From Macrostomum hystrix (Eukaryota > Animalia > Platyhelminthes), in the NCBI GenBank assembly GCA_950097015.1, contig CATNEN010000038.1:12152001-12216000 (forward strand): a stretch of DNA of 64,000 bases. The letters run 5' to 3'. The stretch's first letter is position 1. Each line of letters begins with the position of its first letter. This document shows positions 24,501-37,233 of the stretch, one piece after another. The notes below the pieces were generated by a model, which was not told the DNA's origin, searched no databases, and saw only the letters and a program-made list of their open reading frames with translations. Both the position numbers and the translations under genes were made by a program.

Positions 24501-27367
24501 CATGGTTCACTTAATATAGGTAATAACATACACTTTTGGGAGTTAGTATTCAGGGATAGTTCTTGATATATAATAAGCAATGATCCATACCTAATTTTTA
24601 CTATAACATTTGCAGTGTTTAAACCATTGAAAAAAATTAAATATTTAAATATTAAATATTTAATTAAATATTAAATATTAAAAAAGTCAAATATTTACAC
24701 AGATATAGGCCTATGATATGGATAGATGAAAGAAGGAATGAGCACTAGAAAAAATCACAAAAACTGAAAGGCCTAGCCAACTTTGTACAAATGTAAATAA
24801 ATAGCTAGGTCAATGCATAAAACAAAAACATGAAAACTGTTTCATGCCATATATTTATTTGAAAGTTGCTTTACTATAAAAAATTATAGCACAGTTTGCA
24901 ACTTAAGTTGTGCTAATAGATGACTCATTTTGTACTCCATTCAAACTTTTGCAACATTAAATTGATACCAGAATATCCTCCTGTCTTTTGTTTTAACATT
25001 TTACACCAACTATGTCTAAATCATTTTTGGATCCAGATTTTATGCTGGAAATTTCAGGTATTAACTACATGATCTGCACTATGGATTTATATAGGCTATA
25101 GCTGTTTATTTAGACTATGAAAGTTTGTACTCTTTCTCTTTCTAGGCCTATAATATAGGGGCCTACCTCTGGGGCCTGAACTTAAACTAATTTTTTGCAA
25201 AAAATATGCACATAGAAATAGAGCATATTGTCACTGAAACTATTGGCACTAAAAAGACTTGCCACATAAGTCATAGCTTCCTAATATTAGGCCTAAGTAT
25301 TGTAGGCAGGCATAGGGCCTAGTGCGGCATGCTATAGGTCTAGTGAGGATTACTGGATCTGAATAGGCCTAAGCACTAAGCAGGCATCTGGAGTTCTTCT
25401 TGGATCAGTATCTTGTCTAAATGCCTAACTTATGGGCTATAGCTATGCCTATAGTAAGCTAGGCCTAGTAGAAAAGGTTTTGGTCTCCCACTTAAAAACT
25501 TTTTTAACTTGTCAGCCACTTGCCATTGCCCATTATGGCTTGATGTCCTGCCATAAGGGTCGTATCCCTACAATAAGTTGAATAAAATGTCAATACAAAA
25601 ACAATAGGGCTAATTTCATGAGATGACGGTCGTTGTGTTGGTATATAGGCAAACATTATTTGTACCAAAGACAAACTAACTCGAGACTTTGTATGTTCTA
25701 TATTGATGGGCGTGACCTCTAAGATAGGGCCTAATATACATTTTAAAGTAATTTTATTTACTGTGCTAATGTAGCAGACAGAAACTTTCAATGATGGTCA
25801 TTTTTGGTGAAAGTTGACATAGGCCCTAATCAAATTTTCAACATAAGTTCAAGATTCCTGCGAATAAGGCCAGTTTTTGTCTCAATCAGTCATTCGTTGT
25901 AGAAAACAAAAGCTAGAATGCTAGATAAACAGTTATAAACAAATTTCACATGTTAGTAGCCAGTTTTAAGTGTGGTGCACATTTTTTTAGATGTCGGTCG
26001 TTGGACTGACAGTCGTGTGTTTAAAACAGTCGTTGGCTGTCTGACAGTCGTTGGCTCAGTTGGCTGTCTGATCCTAACATTACAATAGCTACCAAAAACG
26101 TAGTTTAGAATTTGTATTCATAATAGTAGGCCTTAGGAAGTTTATTTAATATTTAGTATTTAGTGCTTCGATTATATACCGCAAATGTGGAACCTGAAGT
26201 AGACAGCACAACTGCTGTCTGTATGTCTGCCGGACTGTGTGCAGTATGCGAAAAAATAGTTAGAGTATCCGTTTCAAAAAATGAAGACCAACACATTTTT
26301 ATAATAACAAAAAGTTTTTAATAATAGAATGTTTTTAGTAAGCTATGCAACTAAAGTTATTTGTTGAACAAAAGCTACATATAAATGATAGAAACTTTAA
26401 GAAACGTAGAGTTCTTCTCAAAAATCTAAAGACTCGTCTTTTCTCGAAATAATTTGATTGAGGCAGCTTCCAGGAATTTAAGTTAGTGATACGCAATGAC
26501 CACTACGAGATCTTTTTCTAGTCGGTCTTGGTGATGCAAAGCACGTGATGCCACCGATTCTTATCCCGTTAGCTAAAGTTCTGTTTTAAGCAGGTCCAAG
26601 CAAATTTTATAAATAAAATTTAGACATTGGAATGAATCGATGGTTAAGTTAATAATTGATTGTTCATTTATTTAAATATTATCTTTTCTAATAATCGGTG
26701 GTTATAAAAATATTCGTAATTAAAATTTTGTCATTAAAAACTCAGTTTTTATTATATTGGTTGGTTTGGGATTCTACTCTCGCTTGGTTTGGATGGCAGT
26801 ATCTCTCGGATTGGTTAAAATCACATTTGCTCCTTGAACTTCTGTCTGATTGCCTTTCGCCTCGAATGAATCAACGCAAAGGGCGAAAATACAGATTTAT
26901 TATATTCTATTCTATTCTGAGTACAGAAACAAAATTAGTATTTAAATTGCAATGCAAAAAGCAAATTAATCAAGCAAATAATGAGAACAGAACTTAACAA
27001 TATTTAGTTATCTATGGACGATAATAGTAATAATAATAAAATTTATAATATTAAAATAGTAGTTTTAGGAAAGATAGAAATAGTACTACAATAGTTATAC
27101 AATATCTAATACGATCCGCAAATTTAATGTATTTTCGATCTTGTCAATGAAGCAGTGTAGTATAGCCATTCAAACTATGAAAGACAAGTTAGAAGCAAAG
27201 GGTAATTAAATAATTTTGAAAAATTAATATTATCATGACTCGATGTGTTTCTTCGAGCTAAAATAGTTATTAGCTATTTACAAAAAGGCACAATTATCAA
27301 AGAGAACAGCAGGCACCGATATACAGATGAAGTCCTGTTTTTTATTCCATAATTTACTGGCAAAAAG

Positions 27368-29454
27368 GCGCGGAAATCGACCGGATCCTACACTCTGTGC
27401 GACCTGCCTCAGCTAGCACTGGAGATTGTAGCCCGACAGCTCAACTGGCGCGACCTTCTCAGTCTTGGAGGCGTCTGCAGGCAGCTGCGAGATCTTGCCT
27501 CGCGTGACTCGCTTTGGTACGCGCAGTGCTCACGCCGCGGATGGATAAATTTTGGGTTGCCGGGTGTTGACTCGCTGCTAGCCTCTCGTGATGATGCCGA
27601 CGCCGAAGCCTTTGGTCTAGAATCGAACAGCAGCGGGCGCTCGTTTGGCACATCGCCAAGTTTTCCCGGGCCATCCAGTGTCGAGGACGAGCTCAAGTGG
27701 GGCCGCTGGAAGATGGTTTTTTTAAAAGCCAGGTGCGTCCTCATTTGCTGGTTCTAAATTTGTCAATCAATAGTTTACTAATATAAAGTATTTCTCTTTC
27801 TCAGGTACTTAAAGAGAAGCTGGTCAACGGGCAGGTATCTGGTATCGCCGCCGTTGCGACCGCCGAAATCGGCGACTCCGACTGGCGGCGAAGGCGCCAT
27901 CAGCGCTTTCGCCTGCAACTCCAGCGTAGCTGTCACCGGCACAACGGAGGGCCTCTTGAGTGTCTGGCACTGCCGTAGGGCTCAGTTGATGGCGCTGCGG
28001 CTAATGGACGATTCAGTGAGCAAATGGATTCGATCCTAATAAATCAACCAGATGGTTTAGATAGAATGAAAATAGAATGGCCAAAATTCACAATGTGTTT
28101 ACCCAGATCTGCTCAGTTTGCATTGGCAACGCTGGCAGCGGCAGCGGCAGCGGCAGCTGTTTTATCTACGTTGGTTGCGACAACGGTATCGCGTACGAGA
28201 TGGAGCTGACGGTGCGCGACAGTAGCTCGCCGACAACTGGCGATCTTCAGTTGGAGCAGATGCTGACTGCTCGAAGGTGTTTCCGCTGCTGCGCTGAGTT
28301 TGACAGCGAAGGCGGCCTAGAAGTTCAACTGCTGAGATTCGTCCGCTGCGAAGATTTTCTGCAGCTATCTGGCGCCTGTGAGTGAACTCTTTTTGTTTAT
28401 TACCCAATGGCTTCTGGAGTGGTGCTAATTTTATGACGGATAAGCTGTGGTTTGCAACATGCGACTAGCTAAGGCTGCTATTGGTTGCCTGGGGTGGAGG
28501 GTAAACAGGACTAGGCTGTAATTGGTTGGCTGGAGATGTAACAAACACGACTTGGCTGTCATTGGTTGGTTGGGGTAAGTACACACAGCGGGGCGTGGTG
28601 CATGGTTGGCACGCACGTCTGACTGAGTAACCGCGGATTACTTAAAGATGTCACTACAGCCAGAACTGTCACTATCACTGAATTTGACATGCCGACATCA
28701 GCTCATCTCCAAGATGCCAGCCTCCTGCTGTCCAACCTGCTGATCTCCTACACCAGCAACGGCAGCTTCAGCTCCTGGCGCCTCGACAATGGCACTCGCA
28801 TCGGCACCTGCTCGACTGGCCATGCAGTCAGGCACAGCGGAAACCGGCGACTCGGACAGTCTTGCGTCCAGCTCCGTGTCGCACCAACTAATTGCCATCG
28901 GCTTGTGGGACTGTACAGTGCTGCTCATCGATTGCCTCTCGTGCAAACAATTGACTGCTCCTCTTGTTGGTCACACCGAAGCAGTCTCCTGTCTGTGGCT
29001 TGACGCTTCTACTGGTCGGCTAGCGACTGGCAGTCTGGATGGCAGCGTTCGTCTGTGGCGTTTGAACAGTCTCAGCCGCAGTCGGTGCCATGTGGACACG
29101 CCGCTAGTAATGCGCGACTGCCATCCGGAGGTTTACTGCCTGGCCAGCCACGCCGAGCTCCTGGCTAGCGGCGGCTCTGACTCGACTGTGCTCATCAGCA
29201 ACTGGTCCGGCCGGCAGCTGCATCGTCTGCTCGGTCACGTTGGCGTCGTGCGCAATCTCAGCATGAGCCGGCTTAGACTAGTCTCGAGCGGCGATGTTCG
29301 CAAAGTGATGGTCTGGAACTACCGGCGCGGACTTCAGTTGAGTGTGCTGCATCGCAATCCGACGCTGGTGCAATTCCTGCACGCCTCTGACACCGGCATG
29401 GTGCTGGCAGCTCCTGGGAAGGCTGGCTGCTTGGTCTGCATAGCCTACTGGTGA
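27368..29454 (+). CDS. F-box/WD40-repeat protein; exons ~27368-27732, 27805-28015, 28108-~28377, ~28701-29454 with an apparent frameshift near 28820-28850; start exon not located
   Basis: F-box LCDLPQLALEIVARQLNWRDLLSLGGVCRQLRDLASRDSLW, then WKMVFLKAR/YLKRSWSTGRY, then WD repeats LVGHTEAVSCL..LATGSLDGSVRLW and LLGHVGVVRNL..LVSSGDVRKVMVW. Confidence 0.82.
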
Positions 29455-30186
29455 CTAAGGATTGGCTGAACTTAAAATTCTCATTCTCCTGTGATTTCTG
29501 ACCCGACTGTATTTGATAGTAATTCATCTTCCATGGCTGTAGTTTTTGGCTTCATTTTTTAATTGCTATTTGAATAACAGTTTAAACTCATCTGTAATCT
29601 CCTTTCAGTTGACGAATATGTTTATGTACTTAACATTAAGGATTAACTGACGTAGATTACAAGTTTTTTTACATGCTATTTACATTGCTAAGTAACATTT
29701 TATATGGATTAAGAGTACATTATGTTACTCCTAATTCTATAATTACGAGCAAATTTACAATCAAACTGACGCATATGAAATATTAAATTTCACGATAAAT
29801 TATGCTACTTTTTTATATAGCTTGTGCTTGTAAAAGTTATTATTATTCAAGTTGAATTTGTTAGCGTTTATTGTAAAAAAACACTAAAAAACAGATAAAA
29901 CTTTGCTCTGTATGTTTTACGCATTTCACGGCCCGCCCGCTGTGCATATAAATAGAATTCGACCATAGACAACAGCAGAGGGCGGGCTGCCGTTAGTTTC
30001 AATCTCGTTTCAACACGCGTAGGCTAACTACATTATAAGGCTTCAGCAACGTATTATGGTATAAACGATCACTCAGCGATAATGGCATGTCTATGGCACA
30101 AACTGCGCCAATCCGCCATGAGCCAGAAGCTGACTAAATTTGGACGCTTATATTTGTTTCTTTAAATTATCAATTAAAGTATTTTA

Positions 30187-30425
30187 CCAACCGGTAAAAG
30201 CATTATAAGGCTTCAGGCCATAGACAAATCAACTCCCCCTATAACGCCGTTGCTTGTCGACCGACAGCCGCCAGATAGCGTTATAGGGGGAGTTGATTTG
30301 TCTATGGCCTGAAGCCTTATAATGCTTTTACCGGTTGGCTGCCTCGCAGTTAATGGCGATTACGATCTCGGCGCTACGCGCCTCGATCGACCGCCATTAA
30401 CTTGCTCGGCACCCAACCGGTAAAG
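30187..30425. repeat. Compound foldback: ~60-bp perfect inverted arms (30187-30247 / 30278-30338) followed by a second GC hairpin GTTAATGGCG...GGCGCTACGCGCC...CGCCATTAAC
   Basis: Arms read directly as reverse complements. Confidence 0.85.
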
Positions 30426-30446
30426 TTCCAACACTAATATAGAATA

Positions 30447-30511
30447 CAAGGACTACTTAAGTAGTCCTTAAGTACTACTTAAGTATATATACGTTACTTG
30501 AGTAGTCCTTG
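30447..30511. mobile_element. 65-bp micro-MITE, TIR CAAGGACTACT, 8-bp TSD ATAGAATA
   Basis: TSD at 30439-30446 and 30512-30519; an 8-bp TSD is typical of hAT. Confidence 0.75.
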
Positions 30512-30617
30512 ATAGAATATTGGTTAAAAATTAAATTTAATCAATTCAAAATAATCAACAATGATAGCCGACATGGTTACATAATACAATTTCTTGAGCA
30601 GAAAAAATATGCCTATA

Positions 30618-31170
30618 GGCCGTATGAATAAAGTGAGCAATTGCTCGCGAGTAAATGCTCCTACTCTGAGTTTGAGCAACCGCTCACTTTTCGTATGAAT
30701 AATGATTTATCTCAAACTTCGAGCAAGTTCCCAGCCACCCGAGCAGTTGCTCAGCGAATTTGTACCATAGACCAAATGGTGATCAAAATCACTTCCCTCT
30801 TCTTTGCTGTTTAATGGAACGAACGAGGCTCGCCTCGCAAGCAAGATTTGCTACGTGGAATGAAAAAATGTCGACTCAAGACGAAGACGATGAGATTTTT
30901 GTTCGCTGCGTGATGCTGAATAGGCGCTGAGCACGCTGCCGACTTGACTCAAGAAAACGCGAGCAAATGCTTCAGACATTTGTCTATGGCCAGAGTTTAT
31001 TCTTGCTGACGCGAGTCTCTACTCAGTCACAGAGCAATTGCTCGAGGGGTGAACACCAACTCTTGAGACAATCATGTTGAGCATTTGCTCAGCAGCAAGC
31101 ACTCACTTTATTCATTCTGAATTGAGAATGTCGTAGACTTTGAGCAATTGCTCACTTTAGTCATACGGCC
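30618..31170. mobile_element. MITE with TIR GGCCGTATGAATAAAGTGAGCAATTGCTC (PIF/Harbinger-like), containing an internal CCATAGAC...GTCTATGG segment (~30766-30989)
   Basis: Inverted termini visible; flanked by ATA/TTA triplets. Confidence 0.7.
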
Positions 31171-31990
31171 TTATACTTGTGGTTCTTGCCACCAGACACT
31201 CCGACGAGAATTGTTGAATATCTAGACGATACGGATGTTTTGTAGACAGATAGATAGACTATCTTATAGATATAGATAGCGAGAAAGAGCGAGCGAAGCG
31301 AGCTCTTTCGAGCTTGCTTGCCGCAGCCAATCACGCTGAATGCACGCACACAAGATCACCGGAAACGATTAAGGCAGCTGGAAAGCCAATGGGCGCGGTA
31401 AGCGCTTTTATCCAGAGGAACTACCATCTGGAACCAGCCTATGCCGTACAAAAACCAGACTACTCAAGCAGATAGATAGACTATCTTATAGATAGATAGA
31501 TACATTTTCAGAATTTTTTAGAGGATCTTAACTAGAGGGTGCTAGTTTTAATATTAGCGTGAAACGGTTCAAACGGTTTTGCTAGCTGAAAATGCATAAT
31601 TAAAGTGTATCAACCTAACATTTCTTAGAAACTTATTCTTGTTGGAGACTAAAATTGGTTAGATATTGTAAATTAATGTGAGTACTAGTATATTAACGGT
31701 GTGCATGGTGAATACATCTAAAAGCTGAAGTTCCTTTGTCCGCTCCGTTCGCAAACCCTCAGCATAATAGGAAAATATTCCGTGTTTTGAGTAAACTGTA
31801 CACTACTGTGTACAATATGCTTCTCAGTGTACAAAGAGCTGCTACAGTATCACTAAAAGAATCACAGAACATTTGTACGAGCGAAATAGCCAAGTTCCCT
31901 TTCTATAATTAGAAATAACAAAAACATATCAACCAGAGCATATAACTAATAGCTAGAATTGAAAATATAAAGGCATCTACAAGACTCACC

Positions 31991-32027
31991 CACAGATAAT
32001 ATATAACTTATATATATATTATCTGTG
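31991..32027. mobile_element. 37-bp micro-MITE, TIR CACAGATAATATATA, 8-bp TSD GACTCACC
   Basis: TSD at 31983-31990 and 32028-32035. Confidence 0.7.
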
Positions 32028-32431
32028 GACTCACCTCAATGCGAATTTGTCGGCGGCGACATTTACTTTCAAGCAGGTAAAAACCTTTTTCTATGTTTCT
32101 AAATATATGTTTTGTACATCTCGACATAATTTATAATCTGCTGTGAGTAAATAAGTATACTGATCAAATAACAAAAACTTTGCCATTATCTAATTTGCAA
32201 GTAGCTGGTATATAGGGGGCTTAACAATCCGCGAAATATCACATTTAACCAAATTAATGCTCCCCAATTTGGTAAAACCTTTCAAATTTGGCGAAAACCC
32301 GTACCTACTTGCAAATATATTTAAGCATCTGTGTAATTCTCATTGTATGAGATATCATAAAATACTTTATTATTCGTTTCAATGGGAGTATAACAGCTAG
32401 GAGCTCTTTTAACTCTCTCATTAAACATTCC

Positions 32432-32879
32432 GACATTTGTACAACGCCGAGACGTGGACGCTGACTGATTCGCTGACTGATAAGAACAGCAAGTCAACGC
32501 GGCGCACGCTGGCCTGCTGCGTGCCGCCTTTAAGATCAGCGACGAGCGGATCACTAACGCGGCACTCTATCGTCGCGCCGGCCTGGCCCGTCCGAGTGAA
32601 CTGCTGCGACTTCGGCGACTCCAGCTTGCAGGCCACATCATCCGCGCCGAGTCCTACTGCCCGCAGCCGGTGCAGGAGGTGCTGCTGCTAACGCTGCAGG
32701 CACCCTACCGGCGCGGCCAGGCCCGAACTCGGCGTTTCGTCGACTGCCTGCTGGCCGATGCTGGCGCCCCGGACACTGCCGGCGGTGCGGCCTTTGTTCG
32801 CGCCCAGGCTCTGAAGCGTGCACTGTGACGCTGCCTTTTCCACCTGACAGCGTACTTTGTTGTTGTTGTTGTTGTTGTT
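32432..32879 (+). mobile_element. 5'-truncated RTE-like non-LTR retrotransposon with (TTG)n tail and 12-bp TSD ATTAAACATTCC
   Basis: LYNAETWTLT then (frameshift) ITNAALYRRAG..LRLRRLQLAGHIIR..RRGQARTRRFVD, typical RTE ORF C-terminus; TSD at 32420-32431 and 32880-32891. Confidence 0.85.
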
Positions 32880-32977
32880 ATTAAACATTCCCAAAAATGG
32901 GAAGTTGTTACAGTATGAAGGCCTCTAAAAAACAATTTTCAGAAACGAATCATCATCGAGCCTAAAATTTGACGACC

Positions 32978-34150
32978 ATGCTTGACATTGACACTCGCAA
33001 CACCCTAATGATGCTCTACACTGAGGGTAAAGAGAGATCAATCATGCATCAATCAAATTATGCATCACGCAGAACTTTTAAGTGTTTTAGGGACGAGCCG
33101 TTGACGCAATTTTTACGGGAGATACGCCAGGGTGGAGTCCAAGCGGCTATGCAGCTGCTTACGAAAAAGCCGGATATTCTGAAAGGTCTAACCCCTAATT
33201 ATAGGAATGCTGCTTTAGGTATCGTCTTTGAAGAGCTGCAGATCGCCAAACTGATGGCTGAAGTGTGCCGGCAAAAACTGCCCATCGAGCTGTACGCGGG
33301 TGACGGTCGTGGAGTTTTTTGCTTTCAGAGCAACGCAATGTCGACTCCAGTTTACACAGACGCTGTGTTCCGCAATACGAAGACCAACGAATTTTTTGCG
33401 ATTCAGTTTAAATACAGTGACGACCCCATGAAACTGCTCGAAACGATTCAGAGTTGGAAGTCCAAGCATGAGCACGCTGCTCAAGATCATCTGCCAGAAG
33501 CGCTTCGGCTCGAGAATGTGCAGGTCGTCGCACCTGAAAGCGTGGCCGATGGTGAGCTGGCGAAGACCACGATGAACATTGGTCTGGAGCAGCAGACGGA
33601 CTCCATTGAGGTTATCGAGAAATTTCTTTCTGAAAATGAAAAAGTACTCAAAGAACTGCTTCAAGACGAGAGCTTCAGCTCGAAGCTTGAACAGATAAAA
33701 CAGAAAGGAAGGGAAGCTCTAGTAAACAAGAATACGGCAGTGGCTACAAAGGAAAAAGTTGATATGAAAACTGCTGACATGACGATCCCGTCGGACAAGA
33801 AGAACGCTTTGCTCGCTAAATACAAAGCCGATCAGGAAGCATTCGAAAGCAGAAGCAAACGGCTCTATCGGGAGCGCGAAGCTTTGGAAAACGAACTAAG
33901 GTCACTCCTGACAGGAAAAATCCAGTGCAAAACTCGCGAGCAGTTAAAGATGATCGCCAAGCAGTGTGGTGTGGAAGTAGCTGCCGGTGCCATCGCCGAT
34001 GGACTTCTTTCCTTTGTGATTTCATTCGACGAGGAGATTCGACTGTACCTGAAGGGTAAAATCTCGGGTGCCGAATGCGCTAGATGGATCATGAAACAGA
34101 CGACCATCGGAATCGTCAGAGGCGCCGTATTTGGGCTGGATTCTTTGTAG
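32978..34150 (+). CDS. Large single exon encoding a protein with a PD-(D/E)xK-like motif, a coiled-coil and a Gly/Ala-rich hydrophobic C-terminal segment; possibly spliced onward to 46519/46529-46571 and 47290-47636
   Basis: 393-codon non-repetitive ORF after acceptor TTTTCAG (32942), first ATG at 32978; motif LGIVFEE...TDAVF..FAIQFK; C-terminus GVEVAAGAIADGLLSFVISF..YLKGKISGAEC..TTIGIVRGAVFG. Confidence 0.75.
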   Translation: MLDIDTRNTLMMLYTEGKERSIMHQSNYASRRTFKCFRDEPLTQFLREIRQGGVQAAMQLLTKKPDILKGLTPNYRNAALGIVFEELQIAKLMAEVCRQKLPIELYAGDGRGVFCFQSNAMSTPVYTDAVFRNTKTNEFFAIQFKYSDDPMKLLETIQSWKSKHEHAAQDHLPEALRLENVQVVAPESVADGELAKTTMNIGLEQQTDSIEVIEKFLSENEKVLKELLQDESFSSKLEQIKQKGREALVNKNTAVATKEKVDMKTADMTIPSDKKNALLAKYKADQEAFESRSKRLYREREALENELRSLLTGKIQCKTREQLKMIAKQCGVEVAAGAIADGLLSFVISFDEEIRLYLKGKISGAECARWIMKQTTIGIVRGAVFGLDSL

Positions 34151-34354
34151 TTTAAATACGGATTACACACACGAAGCAAGTCTTAGATAGTACAAATAAA
34201 TAACTCCAACTACTACATTAATTAAAAAAAAACTAGAGATTTTCTTTGAAGAAACCATAAACAATTATGTAACAAGTTGTGTTGTTATTTTGTTATAAAA
34301 TGCGACAACAGAGAATTTTAGAGCACTCTATGATCAGGTAGCAGAACAAATCAG

Positions 34355-34660
34355 GTAAAGGGCAGGAAGGAGGGGTTAAAGGTCGGAAAAGAGCGGGTAA
34401 AAGGCGGAAGAGAGACGGTAAAGGGCGGAAAAGAGACGGTAAAGGACGGAAAAGAGCGGGCAAAGGGCGGAAGAGAGCGGGTAAAGGGCGGAAGAGAGAT
34501 GGTAAAGGGCGGAAAAGAGCGGGTAAAGGGCGGAAGAGAGACGGTAAGGGCAGAAAAGAGCGGGCAAAGGGCGGAAGAGAGATGGTAAAGGGCGGAAAAG
34601 AGCGGGTAAATGGCGGAAGGAGAGCAAGTAAAGGGCGCAAGAGAGTGGGTAAAAGGCGGA
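34355..34660. repeat. 21-bp minisatellite (GGGCGGAAGAGAGCGGGTAAA)n
   Basis: Tandem units visible. Confidence 0.9.
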
Positions 34661-34724
34661 ACACAGTAGATATCAAGTGTGGGCAACGAATTGAATTGGT
34701 TAAGAAGGATTGGCCGCATCAATA

Positions 34725-35633
34725 TCACGGACGCCGCGGAGTCTTCGGGGCAATGCCAGCGGCGGAGAATAGGCCGCTAAGCGGACCGGGTCGCAGCGAT
34801 TGCTCGGCAGCGAAGGCAGCCTCAAGTGTGCGGCCGCAGTCGTCGCCGCTGCTTCCGCGCGCAGCTGTTCCAGTCAGCTCTGCGTCCATCTGGCGCATGT
34901 AGCGCTGCATTAACATGCGCTGTCGTCTGTTTGTTCTAATATTTTGCTTTGGATTTTCATCGTCACTGTCGATATCGTCCAAATCGTCGACTTCGTCACC
35001 AGTATCGTCATCAGCGGAGTCTGCATCTCCGTGGTCGCTATCTTCCGCATCATCGTCCTGATTAATTTCGTCAAAGATTCGATTCATTGAGGCAACCAGA
35101 CCATCTGCGTCGATGCTCAACTTCGTCGAAGTAATCGTCGACTTGGACGCTGCTCTCGAGGACTCCACGCCGTCGAGGCTGGACTCGGCGCGCAAAAAGC
35201 CGGCAAAGGCGCCAACGGCGGCACCATCGTCAGTCAAGTCGGCGAGATCAGTCGGCCTTCAGCCGGCCGCGCGAGCCATCAGTTCGTCCAATTGTTCCGG
35301 CGTCACCTTCAGCCAGTCGTCGGACTCGGGAAATTCGACGCTGTCTGACACTGGCGGAGCGTTTCGACAAAGCCGCGTTAGCAAGCGACACGCTGACAGG
35401 TCGTCCTCGATGTCCTCCTCGGCGCCGCTGTTCGGGCATCGACAGATTGGCGAATGCCGCTGCTGCTGCTGCTGTTTTGCCTGTCTATTCTGAGGCAAGT
35501 GAACTTCAGAGGTGGGTGACACAGCGGCTAGCTCGTCCTCCAGCATCAACAGGTCCATCTTGGCCTCCATGTGGCAAGTGAATATCAGAACCATTGTTAA
35601 ATCGTCAATTAGGTCATTAACTGATTGAAACAT
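34725..35633 (-). pseudogene. ECD: Ecdysoneless (ECD/SGT1 family) C-terminal fragment with in-frame TGA at 35259-35261
   Basis: ESDDWLKVTPEQLDELM, FAGFLRAESSLDGVE, acidic tract, YMRQMDAELTGT, LEAAFAAEQSLRPGPLSGLF match ECD C-terminal motifs; ORFs 35633-35259 and 35237-34725 share one frame, split by one stop; no ECD N-terminal domain recognised. Confidence 0.72.
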
Positions 35634-37233
35634 GCCAGCCGCATAGCCAGACGAGTCACTTTCAGCATCGCAGACTGAGACTGAGTCTTCGGTGCAAGCA
35701 CTAGCCTTAAAGTGATGGCAGCAAATTAATTAAAACAAAAATAGATTACACAGCTTTACATTTATTAAAAGCATTGCCTTATGTCTAGTTTAGACAAGTA
35801 CAAACTGCTTAACATCAAATATAAATATTTGAAGTAATTCGCAGGCCTGAGTTCTTCTCTGCCTAGTTGCCAGGCGGCCCATGCCCATGCCCATGCACAT
35901 GCCCATGCCCATGCATCATGCATTATCATATATAAATATTTGAAGTTAAATATAGTCTACATATTTTTTTAATATTTAGCCTACTTATTATATGATAATT
36001 ATACATGACAATTATACATGATAGAAAGTTTAATTTTTACAATAGCCAAGAAAAAAAATCTAAATAAGCCTAATTCATTGATCAAAGAAAAACAATCCAG
36101 ATTTATATATTGCCATTAAAATTTACACTTGTAGGCCAAAATGTGTCAATATGAAACTGACTTATGCATGTATACTTTAATAATTTAATAATGAATTATT
36201 AATTAAAATAATAAATATTTAATAAAAAAATTCATTTAATTTAACAAGTTAGAATTTTATATACACTACATTATAATATATTTAAAAATAAAACAGATCA
36301 ATATAAAATTTTTAATTAAGGTTGATTTATTACATGCATCTTGCTGTTATAAATAGGCCTTGTCAGGTTTAACACAGCAATGGACCATGAAATTGGAACA
36401 ATTACAATACATATAAGTATTATATTGTATCAATGATATCTACCTGCCCAAATCAGAAGAATTTTGTATGAACATTTTGCTATATAATTGTATTGTAGAC
36501 ATTGTATAATAGCCTAAAGTTTCACTACTATAAAAAAACAGTTATGCTATTCATAATAAGATTTAAAATAATTCATTAGAATACATTTTATAAAAATTGT
36601 AGAAAAGTGAATTGCAGAGTTCTTTCAGAATTGAAAAGTGAATTTTGAAATGTGGCAATCCATTATGATTAGCCAGTTATTCAACAACAGTTTTGCACAT
36701 TAATTTGTCATTTGCAGTCTGTTTCAATGTATACCCTGAACCACATTACAAATGAAGTAGTCTCTATCAATGATTGCCATACCCAAACCTAACAATCCTT
36801 GTTCCCAAATTATCAAACTGCAAAATTTTTGCCAAAAACACACCTATTAGCCATAGTCTGGAAGGTGGCCAAACTAGTTTGGAATACATTTGGGTCTTTA
36901 ATAACTGTTGGCATACACTTGGTATATATTTAAACATGAAAATCAAGTTGGTAGGGGCCTATGCAAACCAGTATCAACCTGGCACATATATATATACTAG
37001 CTTTTTTTGCCCGTTGTTTTTGGGGCAGAAATTTAAAGCAAAGCAGTAAGCAATTCACGTCTCTGTATTAACTTTATAGTGAAGGTCACCATTTATTTAT
37101 TTACTGCATTAATGAAAAGTGAAGAGTTTGTTTAAGGGCGTTTTAAGTAAAAAATAAGTGAAAAGTTTGTCCAAACAACCCCCTCTTGATTACTTCTTTA
37201 GAAACATGTCTCTTAGCCACTCCTCTATACAGT

